Below are positions 30,101-38,369 of a stretch of DNA of 64,000 bases, piece after piece (the stretch's first letter is position 1; each line of letters starts with the position of its first letter). The position numbers and the translations under genes were made by a program. This DNA comes from an uncultured Bacteroidaceae bacterium (GTDB lineage: Bacteria > Bacteroidota > Bacteroidia > Bacteroidales > SM23-62). The stretch lies in assembly GCA_964406005.1 (NCBI GenBank), contig CAYOPZ010000006.1:7408-71407 (forward strand), in the 5' to 3' direction. Under the pieces are notes generated by a model. That model ran no database searches, was not told where the DNA came from, and saw only the letters and a program-made list of their open reading frames with translations.

Positions 30101-30327
30101 TACAGGTCTAGTGAAGCATATCCTTTTAATTGACGGATAATCTGGCTTGCTTCATTCTTCGTCAGATTTTCACTCTGATACCGGTTCAGAAGATATTCAA
30201 ACAGGTCATTCTCGATCAGAACATCATCAGTACTACGGACAATCTCAACACCCGGAACATAAGTGTAACCCTGTTGCTCCATCAATCCGATGAATGCTTG
30301 TTCTAATTTGTCTTCTGTGAAACTCAT
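27109..30327 (-). CDS. hsdR: type I restriction enzyme R subunit
   Basis: Helicase motif I GATGSGKSFTM, DEAH box ISDEAHRSQ, and motif VI-like QTISRVNR. The N-terminal MSFTEDKLEQAFIGLMEQQGY is typical of HsdR. The ATG at 30325-30327 is preferred over the track start at 30393, which would translate a repeat array. Confidence 0.9.
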   Translation of the reverse strand: MSFTEDKLEQAFIGLMEQQGYTYVPGVEIVRSTDDVLIENDLFEYLLNRYQSENLTKNEASQIIRQLKGYASLDLYESNKTIMKMVSGGFILKREDRTQKDLYIQLIDYSGLTVFRDPDPEGLEQIAAEGQSPDYTHDKNIYKFVNQFEITGYEKRIPDGILFINGLPLVVFEFKSAIRENATIHDAYVQLTTRYRRDIPELFKYNAFCIISDGVNNKTGSFFAPYEFFYAWRKIEGNETEVDGIDSMYSLIQGMFNKNRLRDIIRNFIYLPDASKRDEKILCRYPQYYGAKMLFENILKHKRPDGDGKGGTYFGATGSGKSFTMLFLTRLLMRSKLLSSPTIILITDRNDLDDQLSGQFTNAKSFVGDNNIISVESRTELRERLQGIQSGGVFLTTIHKFTEDTELLSERTNIICISDEAHRSQVNLEQKVRVTANGVMRSYGFAKYLHDSLPNATYVGFTGTPIDATLDVFGPVVDSYTMTESVHDEITVRIVYEGRAAKVILNNSELARIEVYYNECAEEGSNEYQIEESKKAVTNMNVILGDPDRLKAVANDFVQHYEARVSEGSTIRGKAMVVCSNRPIAWEFYKNVIALRPVWNKSMVADPKVELSEKDKREIKPMEKIKMVMTRGKDDPEELYNLLGTKEYRKELDRQFKNEKSNFKIAIVVDMWLTGFDVPFLDTIYIDKPIQRHNLIQTISRVNRKFEEKEKGLVVDYIGIKKQMNLALAHYNKTDSQNFEDVDQSVVVVKDHLDLLAKIFHKFDSSPYFHGSPLKQLHTLNQAAEFVQVTNDLEKRFMFLVKRLKAAYDICAGSGKLSQIEKDYIHFYIAVRSIVFKLTKGSAPDTAQMNAKVREMIKDALSSDGVEEIFKLGDDKNTEVDIFSEDYLAKIEKIKLPNTKIKLLQQLLLKAIEDYKKVNRMKGIDFSKRMKSLVDKYNERKESDVLRSEVLEDFTDEIIDLYHALKKEKESFQDLGIDFEEKAFYDILQSLAIKYDFEYPENKLLVLAQAVKNVVDDKAKYTDWSKREDIKAELKVDLIILLAEHDYPPVDRDEVYKEIFEQAENFKRYQGT

Positions 30328-30351
30328 TTTCTTTTTGTCATTCGATTTTTT

Positions 30352-30448
30352 AACATAGACAGTGTGTCTATGTTCTTGTCTATGTTGCTCCATAAGGACA
30401 GATTAATCCTCTAAACATAGACAAGCAGTCTATCTATGTGACTATGTT
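30352..30448. promoter_or_regulatory. array of AACATAGAC/GTCTATGTT palindromes (candidate operator) upstream of hsdR
   Basis: IR1 is aacatagac-agtgt-gtctatgtt (30352-30374), followed by an extra gtctatgtt (30378-30386). IR2 is aacatagac-aagca-gtctatcta (30414-30436), followed by gactatgtt (30440-30448). The two units are 62 bp apart. Confidence 0.6.
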
Positions 30449-31938
30449 GTCATATATCTGAGTTTTGGGGATTTTGGATTCTCGCCGTTTGTTTTAATCA
30501 ATTTCAGTTTCAACATTTTGGCTAGGTGTCTGCTGGTTGTTCTGGTTGTAATACCAAACTGTTCAGTATATTCTTTAGCAGAAATTTCCTCATGACTTTT
30601 TATCCATTCATAACCAGCAAGTTCATCATTGCTTAGCTGGCTCAAGGCTTTGTCACCAACCTCCTTAATTGCCTCAATGGTTCTCGGAAATACTACAATT
30701 ACATTAAGTCCATCATAGTCTATAATGGGCAGAGGCAGGTTGTATTTCTCCCTGATGGATTTAAAAGTTTCCATTCCCAATGCCGCTTCCTCCATATAGT
30801 TCATTTCATTGAAAATAAATGTAAGCTTCTTGTTTCGACTATATGAAGTGGCTGTAAAGTTTTTCATAGATTCAATTGTAATAGGAAAAACAGGCTCACC
30901 AGGACTTCTTACCTCAATTCTGTCATTGAATACATCCAACTGTACTTTAGCACCGTCTTTGGCATAATCCCGGTGGGCAATGGCATTGATTACAGCTTCT
31001 CTGATAACCTCAATCGGAAAGGAGGGGACTTGTTTTGCTTTGAATTGCTTTCGGTCAATACTTGCAGGAAGCACTTTATTTAACCAATCTTCAACCTTGT
31101 CTGGGATTAAAACCAACGCATCATCAAAAGTTACAGTACCCGTTTTCCCGTCATAATATTGGACTTTTGCCTTTAGAGCAGCCTGGGGGAATTTATTCCT
31201 TGGATTTTTACCAAAGAGAAGAATGGCATTTCCGGTTGGCAGATATGTTTTAGTCTTTGCATTATACTCCAACAAATCCATTTCTTTGAGCTCCTGTAGA
31301 AATTCTTCGGATTTCGGGGTATAATTTCTTCCGGATTCTGTAATAAATTTCTGAAGGGCTTGCTCTGATAAACTACCCATATTGGTGGCTGTTGCACGTT
31401 CATCCAGATAGTCAGAGGCTTTTTTCTTTGCTTTAGCTTCAAGATTTTTCAAGTTTGCCCATTTCATGAACTCTTTGTTTACATCTTCAATCTCCTTATG
31501 AAATTCCCGGGAAAACTGGTGCACCTTCACTCCGTTTTCAATAAGGTGATCTATTCCGCCATGGTCAACAGTGGGATTTTTATCTTCAATACCAAACCAT
31601 ACATCTGAAATTCTTGCATTGGCAATGCGCTCTGCACAGCTTATTTTAGGCGCATTCCTTGCGCCAGGAGCGCAAGGTTCAAGGGTAGCGAAAAGCCAAC
31701 AATCAGAAAGTTCCTTGTGACGGTTTTTTTTATCAAGCAATGTATATTCAGCATGATCGCCTTCACGTAATTCCCCCCTATAAGCTGTTTCAAATGTTCC
31801 GTCCGGAAATACTAGTACTGCCCCAACATAAGGGCTTGGATCTTTTTTCTTCCGTTCATGAATAGATTTTTTCATGACCTCAATGGCCAGTTTCATGTAC
31901 TCCTTTGGATCTTTCCTTGCGTCCGTTTTTTTTGCCAT
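30442..31938 (-). CDS. fusion protein: CMP/dCMP(RibD)-type zinc deaminase domain + HATPase_c_4-like ATP-binding domain + C-terminal winged HTH
   Basis: Deaminase zinc motifs are H62-A-E64 and P88-C89...C101 (LEPCAPGARNAPKISC). The middle has LPTGNAILLFGKNP and EVIREAVINAIAHRDY...IEVRSPG, as in AlbA_2/HATPase_c_4 'RecG-like' regulators. The C-terminal ISAKEYTEQFGITTRTTSRHLAKMLKLKLI is HTH-like. Confidence 0.7.
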   Translation of the reverse strand: MAKKTDARKDPKEYMKLAIEVMKKSIHERKKKDPSPYVGAVLVFPDGTFETAYRGELREGDHAEYTLLDKKNRHKELSDCWLFATLEPCAPGARNAPKISCAERIANARISDVWFGIEDKNPTVDHGGIDHLIENGVKVHQFSREFHKEIEDVNKEFMKWANLKNLEAKAKKKASDYLDERATATNMGSLSEQALQKFITESGRNYTPKSEEFLQELKEMDLLEYNAKTKTYLPTGNAILLFGKNPRNKFPQAALKAKVQYYDGKTGTVTFDDALVLIPDKVEDWLNKVLPASIDRKQFKAKQVPSFPIEVIREAVINAIAHRDYAKDGAKVQLDVFNDRIEVRSPGEPVFPITIESMKNFTATSYSRNKKLTFIFNEMNYMEEAALGMETFKSIREKYNLPLPIIDYDGLNVIVVFPRTIEAIKEVGDKALSQLSNDELAGYEWIKSHEEISAKEYTEQFGITTRTTSRHLAKMLKLKLIKTNGENPKSPKLRYMTT

Positions 31939-31954
31939 ACTTTACAAGTGAGAT

Positions 31955-33991
31955 TTAATCTGATTTTTCCTGCCACTCATCAGCAATTTTTTTCCAATCT
32001 ACATTCCTTTTAACCTGTTTTCCTTTTTTATCCTTTCCTTGCCAAACATCCCAAAAATCTGGGTCATCGGATTGTGGTCTATTTTCAACCTTTAGAAAAT
32101 TCATATGAACTAAAAGAGGTAACTCTGATGCCCAACCTAAAAGAATTGCTTTTCGTGATGGTAATGATGGCAATTCCCTCAGCATTCCTCTTAGATTGTC
32201 AGGAATTAGTTTGCTTACCAATTCCTGATCTCGATCATTACTTATTCGATGTAGTATAAAACTATTACATTGAGATAAAACAGTTGGAGATAGCTCAGAT
32301 GGTCTTTGAGAAGATAAAACCAGTCCTAATCCAAATTTTCTTCCTTCCCGTGAAATCTTTTCAAATACCTGGCTACAAATTGTACTTGCATAATTATCTG
32401 AATCTTCTTTGTATCTTTTAATAAAGGTATGTGCCTCCTCCATTACTAGAGTTGTGGGCAACGAATTACCCTCTAATTTCCTATATCTTTGAAGGGCTTC
32501 AAAAATCATCCTTGCAATAACTGAAGTTATTATATGTATAATTTCAGAAGGAACTAAAGAAAGGTCTATAATTGTAATACACCCCCGTGGATCATTGTTC
32601 TTACCGATATAGTCTCCTAACCATTTTTCCAATGTTATTTCAACCTCATCACCAATAATAGAAGTCATTCTTGTATCAGCGAGCAATGTTCTAATACGTG
32701 CCAATAGAAATTCAACGTATTGTTCATTTCCTGTTTCTTGGGCTAATGCATCTAACAGATTTAAAAATACCTCTCCTTTAAATGGAATAGGGATATCTTC
32801 GTTTTTTGGAAGTATGGATTTCTCTGATCCACCAAATGCTTTGTAAGTAGTTGTCATTACTGTTGAGATGCCCTCTATCTCTTGAGCGTCTGATTCATAG
32901 GTTGGATATTGTCCTGATCTTTGATTTTCATATACTTGGATTGATTGAATTAATTCGTTTAGTCTATCATCAGAGATTCTTGATCGATAGTATTCTAAGC
33001 TTTCTTTCCATTTGACTAACTTTAATAGGAAATTCTTTGGCCTTGGAAAAGATCCCCAAGGAGAACCAGTACTGCTTTCATGGTTCAAACTTGTTAGAAT
33101 AGTGCCCAAGAATCGTTTGATCTCAATTTCTAAATCACTTTCTTGTTCAAATACTTCATTACGCATTGCTCTGAGTGTTCTCTTTATAAGTGGCACCTGA
33201 GCCTTTGCACTAGCTTGAGCGAAGGATGTCCATTCCATACTATTCCAGAACCATATTGGAACCTCTAATGGATTATCCTCAGAATTTACTTTAAAAACAC
33301 GACCGTTAGTCCCAAAAACCCTTGAATATTCTCCATTTGGGTCCAGTATAATAAACCTGGCATTAGGATTTTTACCATCTAGTTTTACAGCTTCAAGAGA
33401 CCACTGTATAAGACCCGCAACAGTACAAGATTTACCACTTCCAGTATTTCCCAATACTGCCAAATGTCTTCCAAATAATCTGTCAGGATCAATCATTACA
33501 TCAGCATTGGCAGCTAATGGGCTAGTTCCAATTTTTACCCTCCTATTTTCTCCGGATTCTATAACAGCTCTTAATTGCTTATCAGTTGGGATAAGAACTG
33601 GTTCTCCCACGCTAGGGAAGCTTTGAATACCACGAATGAACTCATAGTGATCATCATCTCCCAGAGCTAGGATTCCTAAAGGACTAACTTTCATCTTCCT
33701 CAGGGGGAATGGTAAATCAATAAGTCCATAATCCTGGAAGCCTTTTCTTTTGGGAAAAGGAGATCGTTCTATCGAAATCCATTCCACTTGTCCCACTATA
33801 TAGCCAGCCTCAGTAGTAACTAAAACATAACTATTAATTTTGGGGAAAGATCTTGGAATTCCTGCATTTGCTGCTACTCCATCTGGAGCGTCTAGATCTA
33901 AAGTAACCTTAATTTCACTGGGTGAAACATATTCAACTACTCCAATTCTTAGAGCAGAACTTTGTTCAATAGGACTAAGACTCATCGTCAT
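31955..33991 (-). CDS. herA: HerA-like (DUF87) hexameric ATPase/helicase
   Basis: N-terminal barrel-like region. Walker A LGNTGSGKS. Walker B TLVMEEAH. 678 aa. Overlaps the SIR2 gene stop. Confidence 0.8.
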   Translation of the reverse strand: MTMSLSPIEQSSALRIGVVEYVSPSEIKVTLDLDAPDGVAANAGIPRSFPKINSYVLVTTEAGYIVGQVEWISIERSPFPKRKGFQDYGLIDLPFPLRKMKVSPLGILALGDDDHYEFIRGIQSFPSVGEPVLIPTDKQLRAVIESGENRRVKIGTSPLAANADVMIDPDRLFGRHLAVLGNTGSGKSCTVAGLIQWSLEAVKLDGKNPNARFIILDPNGEYSRVFGTNGRVFKVNSEDNPLEVPIWFWNSMEWTSFAQASAKAQVPLIKRTLRAMRNEVFEQESDLEIEIKRFLGTILTSLNHESSTGSPWGSFPRPKNFLLKLVKWKESLEYYRSRISDDRLNELIQSIQVYENQRSGQYPTYESDAQEIEGISTVMTTTYKAFGGSEKSILPKNEDIPIPFKGEVFLNLLDALAQETGNEQYVEFLLARIRTLLADTRMTSIIGDEVEITLEKWLGDYIGKNNDPRGCITIIDLSLVPSEIIHIITSVIARMIFEALQRYRKLEGNSLPTTLVMEEAHTFIKRYKEDSDNYASTICSQVFEKISREGRKFGLGLVLSSQRPSELSPTVLSQCNSFILHRISNDRDQELVSKLIPDNLRGMLRELPSLPSRKAILLGWASELPLLVHMNFLKVENRPQSDDPDFWDVWQGKDKKGKQVKRNVDWKKIADEWQEKSD

Positions 33992-35297
33992 CCTCCTTTC
34001 CTTCTTTACTAATATGGAATCCTCTTGCTTTGAGCAGTTCAGCCATCCTGAATGTTGCCTTATCTATGGCAGGTTTTGGCAAATAATTATCAACAAGGGA
34101 TTCCAAATTGCCAAAATGGTTTCCGATTAACAATGAAATCTGAACTGGTCTTTTGGCATTATCATAGAATAGTTTTATTCTATCTCCAGGATCATTGTAG
34201 GCAATAATCACGAGATGCGTTGACGGAATTGTAAGCATATCAGCAACTACCCGGTTGATATGCTCATCACCAAACCCATATCCGTATGTTACTATAGTAG
34301 AATTAGGCCTGCAAATTGCACTGGCAAAATCTCTAAATAACTCAACATATGGGTATTCAGCGGTTTCTCTATCCTTAGCTGAATTGGGATAAATCATTAA
34401 TTGATCAGCCTCCTCAATATATGTGGCTATATTTTCAGCGCCATATGGTAACGAATTTCTTTTTACATGACCCCTAGAAGAAGTCCAATCCAAGGATCCA
34501 TGAAGTTTTGTAAAGTTTACTACTCCTTCCAGATACCGGGGTTCTCCTCTAATTCCAGGTGGATTATAATGTAAATCTATTCCTAACCTCGATGAACGGA
34601 ATATTGGACATATTGTCCCAATAAATCGGTCTATTAAATGAAGGCCTGCCAATTCTGCTCCGAATTCAACAATTCTATCATAATTTGTTGTAAAGAAATT
34701 TAACCTTTCTCGAGTTGCTGATCTGCTGGCAAAGCTTAATAGGAAACTCATCAGATACTCAGCAGCTTTGGGATCCATAGCACCCACAATATTCTTTTCA
34801 GAAAATAAGATGGTGTTTGCAAATTCTGTAATACCTGATTCAAGTTCTAGCTTCAATCTATTGAGCTCTTTCCTTATTTTCTTTGAGCCATAAACATCAG
34901 TAGAAATATAAACCTCAAGTCCTTTTATTAATTCATTTATAGTCCTGATTTGGTCCTCAATATTTGGTTCCCCTCTTCCAGTTTTTTTTGCTGAAGTTTC
35001 AGACATTCTTTCAACCTGATCTTTGAATACAGTTAATTCAAATCCTCCCATATCAGCTCCTGTCTTTCCAGTAGCAAGAAGATGAACTGCTGAAGGCAGT
35101 CCTGATCCAGCTAACACAGAAAGATGTTCACTTTGGAAAAGTGCAGTTAACCAGGGTTCAATTTTAGAACGATATTCTTTTGGATCTGGACCATCACTCA
35201 ATATCTCAGGAGCCTTATTATCAGATATTTTTAATACATGCTCATTATTCCAGCTTGTCTTTGTTGATGTTACCATTTTATTTGTTATTTGATTCAT
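33975..35297 (-). CDS. SIR2-like (SIR2_2) NADase-type defence protein
   Basis: Motifs LAGSGLPS, FFTTNYDRIVE and KLHGSLDW match the SIR2_2 family pattern. It lies directly upstream of a HerA-like gene with overlapping stop/start. The start could be 35297 or the ATG at 35274-35276. Confidence 0.75.
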   Translation of the reverse strand: MNQITNKMVTSTKTSWNNEHVLKISDNKAPEILSDGPDPKEYRSKIEPWLTALFQSEHLSVLAGSGLPSAVHLLATGKTGADMGGFELTVFKDQVERMSETSAKKTGRGEPNIEDQIRTINELIKGLEVYISTDVYGSKKIRKELNRLKLELESGITEFANTILFSEKNIVGAMDPKAAEYLMSFLLSFASRSATRERLNFFTTNYDRIVEFGAELAGLHLIDRFIGTICPIFRSSRLGIDLHYNPPGIRGEPRYLEGVVNFTKLHGSLDWTSSRGHVKRNSLPYGAENIATYIEEADQLMIYPNSAKDRETAEYPYVELFRDFASAICRPNSTIVTYGYGFGDEHINRVVADMLTIPSTHLVIIAYNDPGDRIKLFYDNAKRPVQISLLIGNHFGNLESLVDNYLPKPAIDKATFRMAELLKARGFHISKEGKEDDDES

Positions 35298-36576
35298 GAA
35301 CCAGTTCTGATATTACTATCTTCCCACTAACCAGGCGAGGTATAAGAGCATCGCGAATTTCAGCAAGGTGTTTATTTTCAAGGCTTATATTATGAATCTT
35401 GCCTAAATATTCATTTACAATCTGTGAGTACTTTTCAATTATCAAATTTTCTGGATTTATTACCTGAATCTTTTGAACCATTTTAGGTTGAGCTCTTTGT
35501 CTACTGCCAGTAGTCCCAGTGACAGTTGAAAGAAGCTCAGATTGGAAATAATCTGATTTAAAAAAGAAGTAAAAGAATGGTCGGATATTAGCACGTTTTG
35601 GTACAAATTGCATAAATTCAGTTGAGCATATTGAAGATGCTTCATCGACTACATTAGGATACCAAACTCTTTGTGTTTCAGGATTGAGCTTCGATACCAA
35701 AATAGCATCTTTGTTAACCTGATATTTATTACTTTTTATATCACTTCCTTTTTCAGCGATCGCAGTTTCACCATCATCAAAAGCTGGAATCGAAAAATGC
35801 ATCCACATTTTTTCTGGGGATAGCATCGGTTTTATTGAAGTAGTATCGAGTCTACACATTGAAGAAATAGAAGATACTCGCCATTCCTTCGGCACCCAAT
35901 TCTCTAGATCCCTGCTATATTCAAACTCATTCGGAAACAACACCTTAATGTTTTCCGGTAAAGGCTTCCGTTCATCACCCAATTCTGATCTTTGCTTAGC
36001 TCTCTTTTGCATCGGTTCCGGAATATCATTTCCAGCAGCAAGGGCATTGTCAATTACAGGATCAAAATCTACAAACCAGCTTCTATAAAGAGCCTGAGCC
36101 ATTTGTCCCAGGGTATGGCTCATTTGGCGATTGAGTTCGATTTTGTCATCAAGGGAACCAATGATATCCACAATGGCTTTTTGTTCGTCAATGGGAGGAA
36201 CATTTAATTCAATTCCGTAAATAAAGTTTCGATTTAAAGACTGTTGGGCACTACCTGAATTATATAAGGAAAAATCAATCGTTTTTAACAGTAGATACGT
36301 GAAATAAGGTTCATTATTTTTAAAATCAGTGACATATAGAACAGTATTTAATGGCCAATAATTTTCTTTAATATAATTTGTAACCCCCATTGAACCGCCA
36401 CTCCTGCCAATTGTAACTCCAGGACCATTTACTTTTGCCACATTATGAAAACCTGTTATACCAAATGATCCCATGACTGGAATATTTCCGTCTTCTCTAA
36501 TTGAAGTAGGCAAATCATGTCCTCTCTGTATAGATATGAAATCTTTAAGAGTTATTTTATTCCAATCATTTACCAT
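35278..36576 (-). CDS. hsdS: type I restriction-modification specificity subunit
   Basis: Central conserved helix region VPPIDEQKAIVDIIGSLDDKIELN and C-terminal LAEIRDALIPRLVSGKI. The ATG at 36574-36576 overlaps the hsdM stop within ATGGTAAATGA. Confidence 0.85.
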   Translation of the reverse strand: MVNDWNKITLKDFISIQRGHDLPTSIREDGNIPVMGSFGITGFHNVAKVNGPGVTIGRSGGSMGVTNYIKENYWPLNTVLYVTDFKNNEPYFTYLLLKTIDFSLYNSGSAQQSLNRNFIYGIELNVPPIDEQKAIVDIIGSLDDKIELNRQMSHTLGQMAQALYRSWFVDFDPVIDNALAAGNDIPEPMQKRAKQRSELGDERKPLPENIKVLFPNEFEYSRDLENWVPKEWRVSSISSMCRLDTTSIKPMLSPEKMWMHFSIPAFDDGETAIAEKGSDIKSNKYQVNKDAILVSKLNPETQRVWYPNVVDEASSICSTEFMQFVPKRANIRPFFYFFFKSDYFQSELLSTVTGTTGSRQRAQPKMVQKIQVINPENLIIEKYSQIVNEYLGKIHNISLENKHLAEIRDALIPRLVSGKIVISELVHESNNK

Positions 36577-38116
36577 AACCAAGAAATTCAAGGTTTTGCA
36601 ATATTTTCGCATCTAATTTATTTGCTTCATCTAATTGCGATCTTAAGGTTTGAGATAGCGATGTCATCTTCTCTTCAAACAATACCCCGTCATCGTCAAT
36701 TTGAGCTGTACCAACATATCGGCCAGGAGTCAATACAAAATCATTCTTCTCAATTTCATCTCTAGTCGCAGATTTAGAAAATCCTGCAATATCTTCATAG
36801 ACTCCATCTTTCTTTTCTCCACGCCATGAATGGTAGGTTTTGCATATTTCTGTTATGTCGGCATCAGTAAGTTCTTTATGAGTCCGGTCAATCATCTGTC
36901 CCATATTCCGGGCATCAATAAACAATGTTTCTCCCTGGCGCTTCTTGAATTCATGTCTACTATCTTCTTTTTTGCTTTTAGCGATGAACCACAGACATAC
37001 TGGGATTGGGGTCGTATAGAATAGCTGTCCAGGAAGTGCAATCATACAATCCACCAGATCGTTCTCGACAAGTTTCTTCCTGATCTCTCCTTCACCCCTG
37101 GTGTTTGAGCTCATGGAGCCGTTGGCCATTACAAACCCGGCTACTCCATTTTCCGATAGCTTGGAAATCATATGTAGGATCCACCCATAGTTTGCATTCC
37201 CGGTAGGCGGTACTTGATACCCATCCCAACGGGGATCACCGGTCAATTCATCATCAGCCCGCCAATCATCCTGGTTAAATGGAGGATTTGCCATTATAAA
37301 ATCAGCTTTCAGGTCAGGATGCTGATCCTTAAAGAAGGTATCTGCTGGCACTTCTCCCAGGTTTCCGGAAATACCCCTGATAGCCAAATTCATTTTGGCC
37401 AACTTATAAGTAGTGGCTGTGTTCTCCTGTCCGTAAATGCTAATATCCTTTGTATTCCCATTGTGGCTTTCCACGAACTTGATGGACTGAACAAACATGC
37501 CGCCTGATCCGCAACAGGGATCATAGATCTTACCCTTGAATGGTTCCAGCATTTCGGCAATCAGGTTCACCACACATTTGGGGGTATAAAATTCACCTCC
37601 GCCTTTTCCCTCCGCAGCAGCAAATCGTCCCAGGAAATATTCATATACCCGTCCTACAATATCCTCTTGCTTATCGGCTATTGTATCTATGTTATTTATC
37701 GTATCCAGTAATGCTGCCAGCTTGCTTGGATCAAGTCCAAGCCTGGAAAAATAATTATCCGGCAGGGCTCCTTTCAGGGCTTGATTATTCTTTTCAACCG
37801 TATGAAGAGCAGTATCTATTTTAAGTGCGAGATCGCCCTGTTTGGCGTTTGCCATTATATAACTCCACCGGGATATTTCTGGCAGGAAGAAGACATTCTT
37901 CATGGTGTAGAATTCCGTCATTTCCAAAAACTTCTCCTTGCCCTCAGTGATAATCTCCTGTCGCCGCGCCTCAAATTTATCGCTGGCAAACTTCAGGAAG
38001 ATCAATCCCAGTACCACATGTTTGTATTCTGAACTCTCCACTGTACCACGGAGCTTTATCGCCGAGTTCCACAGCGCTTCTTCCATCGAGTTCCCGTTCC
38101 CATTCCTTTTCGCCAT
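36566..38116 (-). CDS. hsdM: type I restriction-modification N6-adenine DNA methyltransferase subunit
   Basis: N-terminal HsdM helical domain (LWNSAIKLRG...YKHVVLGLIFLKF), SAM motif DPCCGSGGMF and catalytic NPPF (MANPPFN). Confidence 0.92.
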   Translation of the reverse strand: MAKRNGNGNSMEEALWNSAIKLRGTVESSEYKHVVLGLIFLKFASDKFEARRQEIITEGKEKFLEMTEFYTMKNVFFLPEISRWSYIMANAKQGDLALKIDTALHTVEKNNQALKGALPDNYFSRLGLDPSKLAALLDTINNIDTIADKQEDIVGRVYEYFLGRFAAAEGKGGGEFYTPKCVVNLIAEMLEPFKGKIYDPCCGSGGMFVQSIKFVESHNGNTKDISIYGQENTATTYKLAKMNLAIRGISGNLGEVPADTFFKDQHPDLKADFIMANPPFNQDDWRADDELTGDPRWDGYQVPPTGNANYGWILHMISKLSENGVAGFVMANGSMSSNTRGEGEIRKKLVENDLVDCMIALPGQLFYTTPIPVCLWFIAKSKKEDSRHEFKKRQGETLFIDARNMGQMIDRTHKELTDADITEICKTYHSWRGEKKDGVYEDIAGFSKSATRDEIEKNDFVLTPGRYVGTAQIDDDGVLFEEKMTSLSQTLRSQLDEANKLDAKILQNLEFLGYGK

Positions 38117-38117
38117 T

Positions 38118-38321
38118 CTATTCTTTAATTAGTTCATCAATCGTTATTTCCAGTCCTGCTGTAATCTTTATCAGGGTATCCATGCGTGGATTCATGACAA
38201 GTCCAGCTTCAATTTTTGCCAGCGTCGTGTATGGTATGTCTGCCTTCTTGGCCAGAGCATCCTGTGTCATACTCTTCTCCTTCCGCCAGTACTTAATTCG
38301 TTCACCAATGTCAACCTTCAT
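38118..38321 (-). CDS. XRE-family helix-turn-helix protein leading the R-M operon
   Basis: 67 aa. MTQDALAKKADIPYTTLAKIEAG matches the XRE HTH pattern. Its stop lies 1 nt before the hsdM ATG. Confidence 0.8.
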   Translation of the reverse strand: MKVDIGERIKYWRKEKSMTQDALAKKADIPYTTLAKIEAGLVMNPRMDTLIKITAGLEITIDELIKE

Positions 38322-38369
38322 TTTCTTCCTTTTATTGATAGTAATATGACGAATTCAATCCATGCCTAC

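Noticed and set aside
30328-30393. N-terminal extension of hsdR (MEQHRQEHRHTVYVKKSNDKKK)
   Set aside because: The extension is the translation of the AACATAGAC/GTCTATGTT palindrome array. A canonical HsdR N-terminus begins at the ATG at 30325-30327.
30352-30448. CRISPR-like array
   Set aside because: The repeats are 9-bp half-sites arranged as palindromes with 3-5 nt spacers. They are not 25-40-bp direct repeats with unique spacers. No cas genes are present in the window.
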